Shown in pieces: positions 57,501-64,000 of a stretch of DNA of 64,000 nt. Where the stretch lies: IMG/VR virus record IMGVR_UViG_3300022864_000001, positions 1 through 64,000 of that record. One strand, given 5' to 3'. This DNA comes from a virus. Position 1 is the stretch's first letter. Each line of letters starts with the position of its first letter. Both the position numbers and the translations under genes were made by a program. The notes beneath the pieces are model-generated. The model was not told the origin of the DNA and did not search any database. It worked only from the letters and a program-made list of their open reading frames with translations.

Positions 57501-60500
57501 TGACCCACGCAACCAATTTGTCCCATGCTTCTTCAGGTGGTGGCATCCAGTCGGCGCTTAAGTTGAATTCTGCAGCCACCGCCAAGCCCTTCATCAGGTT
57601 TACAAGTGCTTCAGCAAACGCGCCAACAAGTTCTACTTCCTCTAGCGTGTAATCTGTTTCAAGCCAATCGTAGAACTCTTCAAAGACCTCCTGTACCCAC
57701 TCTACAAAGTCATCCCATATATCTCCCCCTGGCAATGTGGCACTCCAGTCCTGAAGCACATCAGCAGCCTCAGCCAAGCCGCTCATCAAGCTACCAAGCG
57801 CATTCCCAAACGCCTCTACAATCTCCAGAACCGCGTCTTCTAGGTTTGCCCCTTTGCCTTCCCACTCGCCACGCCCGGCTATCCAGTCGTACAGTTTCAG
57901 GAACATATCTTGTACAGCGGTCATAAAGGCGTCAAGCGCTGTATCAGCAGGGGCGCTAAAGTCTTCTAGGCCCGTCAACACCTTCATTGCTTTGTCCAGG
58001 GCTTCGGCAATGGCCTCTAGTGTCTGGGCAAACTTGCGCACCTCATCGTCCAGTAGATATTCCGTGTCTTTGCGCAAAGCATCGAACTCTTCAATGATTT
58101 GCTTCCATGCTTTGCGGAAGGCGACCATTTGCTCTTGAACGTCGTAGACGAGCTTCCATGCTTTCATCTCAGTGAGCAGTTTCATGCCCTTGCTTACTAC
58201 ATCAATAAGGGTGTCTAGATTTTCGGCAAAAGCCACAGCGTCAGCAAGCAACGCTTTGTCTATTTGCCGCGCTGCCATACCCAATTCCCTGGCTACGGTT
58301 GTCAAGCGCATAGACATGGCGCGGGCTTGTTGCTGAATCAATGGGCCTGGTATCCACTTTCCAAGCGCCACGAGTCCCTCTATGCCTGACTTCAGGAGGC
58401 CAACAATGCTTTCCAATCTCTCCGCGAACTCTTTAGCATTTTCAACAGCTTCTGCGGGGATGGTCTTGGCGGCGTTCTTCAATTCGCGCGCCACCGTGGT
58501 AAGACGCATAGCAAGTGCGTGGGCCTGTGGCGCAATGGCCCCCTCGCCACGGACACCAAGTTCCCATTCGCCCAATTTGATTACCAAATCCAGCGCAGGC
58601 TTGATGCTCTTAACTATAGCCCCCACTCTTGAGGCAAACTCTTGGGCGTTTTTGACCGCTTCTGTTGGAATCGTCGTGGCGGCATTCTTTAGTTCGCGGG
58701 CAACTGTAACAATGCGCATAGCAAGCGCGTGTACTTTGTCCTCTATGCGCTTGCCAACCGTCCACAGCCCAAGTGCCGACACGCCATCTACCGCTGATTT
58801 TATAAAACCGATTATTGTTCCTGCGCGTTTGGCGAACGCCTCGGCATTTTTGACTGCTTCTTCAGGAATGGTCTTAGCAGCAAAGTTTAACTCGCGAGCA
58901 ACTGTAACAATGCGGTTGGCAAGCGAAGCTATCTTGTCAATGATTCTTTCGCCAACTTCCCATTCGCCAATGGAGACAAAGGCCTTAATCGCATTGCTGA
59001 TAAGTGAGAATACTGTCCCCATAGCAGAGCCAAATTGCTTGATTGCGTCATATTTATCTTTGTCAAAGCCCAACTCGCCCAGCTTGGCAACCATACTGCC
59101 AACGCTTGTAACAATGAGTACAATTTGCTCTTTGAGACGACCCCATCCCTCAGCAACGTCGGGCATTGGCACGGCATATTCAGCCAGTTCCTCAAACGCC
59201 TTCGACGCCTTCTCTACCATTGAGGCTAGTTTGCTTACCGTGTCAGCAGCAGCTTTGATGGGATCGGCTAGTTTGGCAGTACTGGTAGCGCCCTCGCGTG
59301 CCGAGCGCCCCATGTCGTCAATGCCATCTGTGAGGTCGTCTGCAACTTCTTGGCCTGCACCGAACTCGTCCCAGACGCCGTTTATGGCCTCGCGCGCGCC
59401 GTCTGTTAGGTTGTCAATCTCGGACAGCGCTGCATCCGTTGCGCCCTCAATTGAAGCTATTATCTTCCTGATCTTTGCCTCTGCAAGGTTGTCTGGCATG
59501 CCACCAGCTATTAGCGCCCGCATCATGTCGTTCAAGAACGCGTTCAGATGGTCTTTGTATGCCGTCATGCTGATCTTCAGCGTTTCCATGACGAACTTAT
59601 AGCGTTCTGTAGCCGATGCCCCCTCAAGCACCATGCGGGTATCCTGCTCAGCTATCCAGAGCGCCATCTTCTGTTTGGTCTGTTCTCTGAGCTGGTTGCG
59701 TTCTATGGTATAAAGACCCTGTGTATGCCCAATCTTAACGCCCCAGAAGTTCTTGAGTGCAACATCTTGGTCAGCGTAGTTCTTGTCCAATATAGCCAGG
59801 CGGTCTATTGCGCCTTGGCTCACTTCGCCCGTGGCTTGGTTCGTTCCCCAGGCGATTATCTTGCCGCGTTCTTCTTCGTAGGATTGTAGCGAGCTCGCCA
59901 AATCCTCTTGCAATCCTACTTGTAGTTCAGCAATGGCAATCGCTTCTTCATCCGCCAGCGTCTGGCGTTCGTCTCTAGCTCCCAGGAGAATATTGTTATA
60001 TTCTTCTTGCGCCGCAGCTAGAACCTTATTCATTTCTATATGGGCTTCTGCTATCTCTTGACTGGTCTCTTCCGTCGCGACAGCATACCCCCTGGTAGAT
60101 AGGCCAAGTTCTTCCATGGTGTCCATTACTTCTTGGCTTACTATTACCACGTCTTCTCTTAGTTTGTACCATGCCTTACTAGCTTTGACGCCTAGCTCGT
60201 GGTCAAGCGTAAAGCTGAGTTCAAATACTTTATCTCTAAGCCACGGTACGCGCTCAATGAGCAGGTCTAGATTCTTTTGATACTCCTTCGCTGAATGCGT
60301 GGCGCGATCCAGCCCGCCTGTCATATCCTCCGTTATATCGTAGGCTTTTCTCGCCGCGGCATCGTATAGTTCCCATTTCGTCATAAGGCCAGCGACCAGC
60401 GGGGTTAACCTCCCCGTTGATACTGCCAACGCGCGGAAGAGGGGGTCAGCCTCAGCCAACAATCGCATTCGCTCGTCAAGTTCTTGCGGGGTTTCGCCGA

Positions 60501-62235
60501 AGAGCACCCAGCCTTGCCATCCGCGCTTTAGAACCTCCTGTGCCTTTGCCCACGCGAGCAATGCGGCCTGCATCTCCTCGGCTTTTTCGATAGCCATCTC
60601 TTCAGCTCTGACGGCTTCATAGAGAGCTTCTTCGAGATGCCGCGTGGCAGGGACAGCCTCAGTTTCTAGTATTCGGGTATATGCCTCATAGGTTCTGCCA
60701 AGTTCAATAGCTTTCTCTTGGGCCGCGACAATGGCGCGTTCTTTCTCCTGTATGACTGTTATCAAGCCGCCAATCGCTAGTGAGAGGATGGCAATTATCG
60801 CGATTGGCCACCCAATAGCTATCCCGAGGCCCCCTATTGCGGTAGTGAGCGCCGGTATGGCAATCTTGACTAACAGAAGAGCGCCAGCCAGCGCCGTCAG
60901 TGCCGTAGAAGCAGCGAGGGTAAACGCTATCATCTTTTGCCATTTGGGTTCAAGCAGCGTATATCCCTCTAGCACCTTCCAGATGGTATTGACAACCGCT
61001 TCCATTATGGGGATGAAGTGTTGGCCCAGTGCGTTGTTGAATTCTTCTTGTAGCCGGGGCAACGAGGTAACGGTTTTGCCAACAAACCCCATAGCGCGTT
61101 CATATGCCCCCGCGAGTTTAGCCCCCTCGCGAAGCACGGCGTTCAGCGCAGCTTGGTGTCGGTCGTGGACGGTCAACTCACCAACGATCTTGCCCTCTTG
61201 TTCTGCATATCGCGCATACTCGTGGTTGAGGTTAATCATAATGCCACGATTACGCAGAAGTCGAGTATTGAGCGTGGTGATACCGTAGACGAGCTTGTCG
61301 AGGGTCTCAGAGGTGTTTTCGTCGGCAATGACTGCCGCGTTCCGTGCGACATTTGCCAATTCAGTGGCCTTGGACAGGTCTAGCTCATACTGTATCATGC
61401 GTATGAGCGCTTGGTTTGCGACCTGTGTGGTAGTGCCGAGGTCTTTGACGCGGTCGCGCAGTTGGTCTACTTGTTTGGCAGACTTGCCCGCATTTTCAGC
61501 AATGAGTTGTAGGACTTCGTTGGTGACTTCGGTGCGCGCTGCATACTTCGTAGCTTCGGCCAGGCCCTTCGTTACGACACCGGCGTAAGCTACCATTGCG
61601 GTGGCAGCGGCGGCGACCAATACTGTATTCTGTTCTATGTATTGATTGAAGGTCTTGGTTTGTTCAGAGGCTTCTGCGAGGGCTTTGCTGTGGGCGGCGA
61701 CGACGAAGTTGCCCTGTTCCATGACAGCCCTGAACATCTCCTCCTGCTTGGCCGTGGTACTGGCGTCGTTCCCCAATTGTCCCGTTACGGCACTGACGTC
61801 GATGAGCATCCCGTACTGGTCTAGGCCCGCCGATGTCAGATTGAGGACACTGTTGGTTAGCGTCCCCATTGCCTGGTCAGCGGTTTGGCTCGATATGGCC
61901 GCGCCTGCCATCGCGACATCAGTGAGCTGTAGGGCCTTGCCAAGGTCCATCTCCGCCATAGCAAAGCGCCCGACAGTCTGGGCGGAAGCCTCGGCGGATA
62001 TGCCCGCTGCCTGCATTAGCCCCTGCGTAGTCGTCAAATGCTCTGCTGTAAGGCCCGCCTGCGTGCCGACATGTACCATAATGTCGGAGAAGGCGGTCTG
62101 TGATGCTATGCCCTTAACTGTGGACGCGGCAAAAGCCTCCGCAGACGCGGAGGCACTGGCCAGCCCGGCGGCATAGCCTTTTACATCGGCAATGAGATGG
62201 AGCGCTATTGTACCTAAATTTATTGAGGCAGCCAT
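54508..62235 (-). CDS. tape measure protein (2575 aa)
   Basis: N-terminal LGTIALHLIAD; long helical protein with TM patch and W/F-periodic ~65-aa repeats; directly after the chaperones. Confidence 0.9.
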   Translation of the reverse strand: MAASINLGTIALHLIADVKGYAAGLASASASAEAFAASTVKGIASQTAFSDIMVHVGTQAGLTAEHLTTTQGLMQAAGISAEASAQTVGRFAMAEMDLGKALQLTDVAMAGAAISSQTADQAMGTLTNSVLNLTSAGLDQYGMLIDVSAVTGQLGNDASTTAKQEEMFRAVMEQGNFVVAAHSKALAEASEQTKTFNQYIEQNTVLVAAAATAMVAYAGVVTKGLAEATKYAARTEVTNEVLQLIAENAGKSAKQVDQLRDRVKDLGTTTQVANQALIRMIQYELDLSKATELANVARNAAVIADENTSETLDKLVYGITTLNTRLLRNRGIMINLNHEYARYAEQEGKIVGELTVHDRHQAALNAVLREGAKLAGAYERAMGFVGKTVTSLPRLQEEFNNALGQHFIPIMEAVVNTIWKVLEGYTLLEPKWQKMIAFTLAASTALTALAGALLLVKIAIPALTTAIGGLGIAIGWPIAIIAILSLAIGGLITVIQEKERAIVAAQEKAIELGRTYEAYTRILETEAVPATRHLEEALYEAVRAEEMAIEKAEEMQAALLAWAKAQEVLKRGWQGWVLFGETPQELDERMRLLAEADPLFRALAVSTGRLTPLVAGLMTKWELYDAAARKAYDITEDMTGGLDRATHSAKEYQKNLDLLIERVPWLRDKVFELSFTLDHELGVKASKAWYKLREDVVIVSQEVMDTMEELGLSTRGYAVATEETSQEIAEAHIEMNKVLAAAQEEYNNILLGARDERQTLADEEAIAIAELQVGLQEDLASSLQSYEEERGKIIAWGTNQATGEVSQGAIDRLAILDKNYADQDVALKNFWGVKIGHTQGLYTIERNQLREQTKQKMALWIAEQDTRMVLEGASATERYKFVMETLKISMTAYKDHLNAFLNDMMRALIAGGMPDNLAEAKIRKIIASIEGATDAALSEIDNLTDGAREAINGVWDEFGAGQEVADDLTDGIDDMGRSAREGATSTAKLADPIKAAADTVSKLASMVEKASKAFEELAEYAVPMPDVAEGWGRLKEQIVLIVTSVGSMVAKLGELGFDKDKYDAIKQFGSAMGTVFSLISNAIKAFVSIGEWEVGERIIDKIASLANRIVTVARELNFAAKTIPEEAVKNAEAFAKRAGTIIGFIKSAVDGVSALGLWTVGKRIEDKVHALAMRIVTVARELKNAATTIPTEAVKNAQEFASRVGAIVKSIKPALDLVIKLGEWELGVRGEGAIAPQAHALAMRLTTVARELKNAAKTIPAEAVENAKEFAERLESIVGLLKSGIEGLVALGKWIPGPLIQQQARAMSMRLTTVARELGMAARQIDKALLADAVAFAENLDTLIDVVSKGMKLLTEMKAWKLVYDVQEQMVAFRKAWKQIIEEFDALRKDTEYLLDDEVRKFAQTLEAIAEALDKAMKVLTGLEDFSAPADTALDAFMTAVQDMFLKLYDWIAGRGEWEGKGANLEDAVLEIVEAFGNALGSLMSGLAEAADVLQDWSATLPGGDIWDDFVEWVQEVFEEFYDWLETDYTLEEVELVGAFAEALVNLMKGLAVAAEFNLSADWMPPPEEAWDKLVAWVKEVFADFYSWLDGSEWTKDQIDLVGAFAGALSRLMEGLTTVAEFELRADWTKPPEDAWDKLVAWVKEVFADFYGWLDGSEWTKDQIDLVGAFAGALSSLMQGLQAAADFVLSEDWAAPAADVWDPFYKWVILLFGKVLGYLTGQGWTEEQLNLVGTFGDALSSLIQGLQAAADFTLAEDWTAPAADIWDPFYKWVWLLLGKIKGWLEIRGWDATEFALVEAWGNALSSLVQGLQAAADFTLAAGWVAPGDEVWSEFFNWVTFVFNSFYFWLAGTEWTDKEMALVGAFGDALSALVQGIQAAAEFALSEDWAAPSDTIWSSFFTWVTDIFDIVYLWVTEEHVTDDGQHVYTKDGLDLVNAWGSALGSIMSGLSGALSLAADVATFVDPDKAWTEFTTWATGVFDKLYTHITTTYPQTEEEASQFDSVIAWGTALSAIFGGLSAAMDIFKNLGYYASPLDTFVDDFIEDVEDIFNHFYQWLTGTGEYVGAGANFSAEGLLLTTSFGTTLGALMTGLNEALLLVSGIGGLFSPTDGKIRFFIRQVNLIFGDMHTFAQGLDAKEVTITDTFSGVMTNLFTALSAGLTVIGKLADATLPEFEGDTPPIWFEKKVSHFTDAIGFIITTMNNWIVDDLGPDTVNTVTWFTEKIGTMVTGLTAALGFLTALTDADLPSTETLDEYLDLILQLFQALADGLGDADTDIDTAVTDVGIAIGGGLTALPATKGWTDAGAGYGIALAGGLSGSATTVSTAVGVVNTKLTVPHTGGGVLVDHYDWKYRGARYTDNLALGIGQYLGNVTTAVSDTKTEVQPSKTVAWNEWYTWGFALASAMAGGLKFGAVDYYQGIAAMMSNFVIPAVSVSNLPATSTWWDPGYNYMDKLASGLAAGLGLVEAQIAALAGLFPSSPAEWGPFSELPDEKWVEDYMANTTAAFNHGIAGLGRLPGFGLPPTLGIGESEALGGMASVPNVTINLNGTTIRDDRDVSLLAQELWREIRRTTGIS
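57211..57528 (-). repeat. recent 195-bp-period internal duplication in the TMP
   Basis: 57211-57333 vs 57406-57528 differ at one base. Confidence 0.85.
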
Positions 62236-62271
62236 TTAACCCCGCCTATTAGCGGGGCCATCTGCGTGGCT

Positions 62272-62583
62272 CTATTCGTCTTGCTTTTTGACAATTTGCA
62301 CCAACCCTGGCATTCCGAGTGCTATGAGACTAGCCGCCCCAGTAGGCAAGCCACCCGCTTTCCTCTTCGCGGGCGCGACACCACTGGCGAGGCGTTGTAG
62401 TCGCCGTAACGACCGCTTCTGCGCACGCTTCTCCTGGTGCGGAATCGCCGCAGCCTGTACAGCCGCCAACGTTTCCTCTGCACGCACAGCAGGTATCTGC
62501 TTGACGTAGGCCAGGAAACGCCTCATGGGCATTGCCATGATAACGGGGTCTGGATCGTTGTAGAAGCGCTTGTATCTAGCCAA
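62272..62583 (-). CDS. tail assembly chaperone gpT-like (reached by -1 frameshift)
   Basis: In frame after a -1 slip at GGGGGAA; no good own RBS. Confidence 0.75.
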   Translation of the reverse strand: MARYKRFYNDPDPVIMAMPMRRFLAYVKQIPAVRAEETLAAVQAAAIPHQEKRAQKRSLRRLQRLASGVAPAKRKAGGLPTGAASLIALGMPGLVQIVKKQDE

Positions 62584-62597
62584 GAGGTGGGCAACGT

Positions 62598-62954
62598 CTA
62601 GCCCACTTCCGCTTCCCCCGATTCCTCCCCTTCTTCCTCTTCGCCAGACAGACCCAGTTCACCACCGACAAACTCTGCCAGTTTCATTAGCATGGGCAAC
62701 GTAAGCCCCTTTAGTTCTGGCTTGATGCTTGGGCAAGCCATGCTGATGATTTCCATGTTGAGTTCAAGCAGCCGCGCAGGGTTGTCTTCGGTAGCTTTTG
62801 TCGCCTCTTCCGCCAGTTGCTCGCGGCGCTGCAAAATCTGTAGTGCCACCTCGACAGACCGGGCAATGACGGGATATTCTTTGCCCCGAAGCATCACCGA
62901 CGCTGGGGCGGGAAGTAGCTCATCGAGCGACAGGATTCTCTTGTTGTCAGTCAC
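62598..62954 (-). CDS. tail assembly chaperone gpG-like
   Basis: Position upstream of the TMP, acidic tail, slippery site. Confidence 0.8.
   Translation of the reverse strand: MTDNKRILSLDELLPAPASVMLRGKEYPVIARSVEVALQILQRREQLAEEATKATEDNPARLLELNMEIISMACPSIKPELKGLTLPMLMKLAEFVGGELGLSGEEEEGEESGEAEVG
62613..62619 (-). other. programmed -1 frameshift slippery site GGGGGAA
   Basis: TCG GGG GAA near the end of gpG; the -1 frame reads GSGSGLDVAHLLARYK into the downstream ORF. Confidence 0.75.
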
Positions 62955-62982
62955 TTTTCCTCCGTTTTGTGCGTTGCTTTAT

Positions 62983-63011
62983 TTGACTCTTTCCTCGTTT
63001 TGTGGTAAAAT
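62983..63011 (+). promoter_or_regulatory. promoter of Arc-LAGLIDADG cassette
   Basis: TTGACT-17-TAAAAT with TGTGG. Confidence 0.7.
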
Positions 63012-63042
63012 GCTACTACTACAATATCGAGGAGGATTAACT

Positions 63043-63219
63043 ATGAAAGACTACGTTGGTTTCTCACTACGGCTTCCGCCCGAATTGCATCGGCAGATAA
63101 AGGCGCTCGCCAAACGCGATGTGCGTTCTCTCAACGGCGAGATGGTATACGCGCTGTGGCTATTCACTGACAGGCGACGTGTGTATCCCGACGAAACCGG
63201 GAAAGATGATGGCCGTTGA
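63043..63219 (+). CDS. Arc/Mnt-family ribbon-helix-helix repressor
   Basis: GGAGG RBS; FSLRLPPELHRQIKALAKRDVRSLNGEMV. Confidence 0.85.
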   Translation: MKDYVGFSLRLPPELHRQIKALAKRDVRSLNGEMVYALWLFTDRRRVYPDETGKDDGR

Positions 63220-64000
63220 ATTGATTTGTCAACAATGTGGCAAGAGATACCTTGTTAAGCCGTCTGTTGCCAGAAAGGGCCGCAGGCATTGTTCCAAGAA
63301 ATGCCACAACGAATCTATGAGACGACGTGTCCAATTGGTATGTAAACACTGCGGTAAAAACTTCAGTGTTATTCCCTCAAGAAGCCACCAGCAATACTGC
63401 TCGCGTCGTTGCCGCGATATGGTTTGGAATAAGAATCTTACGCCTGACCAGCGGCGGAAATACCCAGTCAATGATAATGCGCTAAATGAGTGGACACCAT
63501 TTTCCAGTTATGTGCTGGGATTGTTGGCTGCTGACGGCTGCATACGTGATACTCGGGGCCGCCAAGGCAGTTACATTACTATTTCAAACATAGACAGGAT
63601 TCTACCAGAGATTGTTCGGGAACTTCTCGCCCCGACCAAGCCTCTCTATGAGCACAAAACTGCAACAGGAACCCCGCTATACCGTTGCGATGTACATTCC
63701 AAACCCCTCGTCGCGCGGCTAATCCAATTGGGGCTTGTCCCTCGCAAATCTTCCGTTTTGCGCTTTCCCCCTGTTCCCAATCACGTGCTTGGGCATTTCG
63801 CAAGGGGGTATCTCGATGGCGACGGGACAGTATGTATTATCAAAGGGCAACGGGTAAAAGGAAAAGACTATCCGCGATACCGCGGTCTCCTTATGAACTT
63901 TGTAGGAACGCCCGAATTCTTAGGTGAACTATCTTCAAGGCTGTCTGCCGCCACGGGAGTCCGGGCCAAAAATCTCAAGCACAGGCCCGAAGCCAAGAAT
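63206..64000 (+). CDS. zinc-finger + double-motif LAGLIDADG homing endonuclease (runs off window; not in ORF track)
   Basis: Manual translation: CQQCGK..HCSKKC, CKHCGK..YCSRRC, YVLGLLAADG and FARGYLDGDG. Confidence 0.85.
   Translation, partial: MMAVELICQQCGKRYLVKPSVARKGRRHCSKKCHNESMRRRVQLVCKHCGKNFSVIPSRSHQQYCSRRCRDMVWNKNLTPDQRRKYPVNDNALNEWTPFSSYVLGLLAADGCIRDTRGRQGSYITISNIDRILPEIVRELLAPTKPLYEHKTATGTPLYRCDVHSKPLVARLIQLGLVPRKSSVLRFPPVPNHVLGHFARGYLDGDGTVCIIKGQRVKGKDYPRYRGLLMNFVGTPEFLGELSSRLSAATGVRAKNLKHRPEAKN

Noticed and set aside
55379-61588. Long + strand ORFs opposite the tape measure gene (e.g. 58382..59602) and similar antisense ORFs elsewhere
   Set aside because: Shadow frames of Ala-rich coding sequence, with no RBS, promoter or motifs.
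1-64000. Integrase, att site, capsid, terminase or rRNA genes
   Set aside because: None recognised in this window, so lifestyle (temperate or lytic) cannot be called.

Overview
This is a 64-kb piece of a large tailed (siphovirus-like) phage genome in standard genetic code. The host is probably a Chloroflexota/Anaerolineae bacterium; this is an inference from a C-terminal YMPLVLN sorting-type motif, a Pro/Thr-repeat lipoprotein and a CHAT protein. Positions 1-42125 form a dense + strand early/replication arm of about 100 mostly small ORFs. It includes a RuvC-like resolvase, an HTH replication initiator, DnaB-like helicase, primase, dCTP deaminase, ThyX, three DNA methyltransferases, an Rnl1-like RNA ligase, four paralogous GIY-YIG/NUMOD3 endonucleases and a TROVE-like/TerD-like protein. 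Positions 42155-62954 form a convergent - strand late arm: metallophosphoesterase, CHAT protein, SH3 protein, a large glycoside-hydrolase lipoprotein, tail fibres, a 2575-aa tape measure protein and frameshifted tail chaperones. An Arc + LAGLIDADG cassette closes the window. The top candidate for an undescribed system is 39201-41322. There a canonical tRNA body has its anticodon loop replaced by a circularly permuted copy of a bulged-helix motif. The same motif occurs twice, with a compensatory change, as free hairpins on either side, and the cluster sits directly upstream of the TROVE-like/TerD gene, suggesting a Ro60/Y-RNA-like ribonucleoprotein. Other notable observations are a covarying antisense/terminator leader shared by all four GIY-YIG cassettes, 12 dispersed copies of a 16-bp palindrome, a second structured-ncRNA cluster at 4752-5244, an overlapping-frame methyltransferase subunit and an orphan DGR-type variable region. 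All calls were made by eye; no searches were run.
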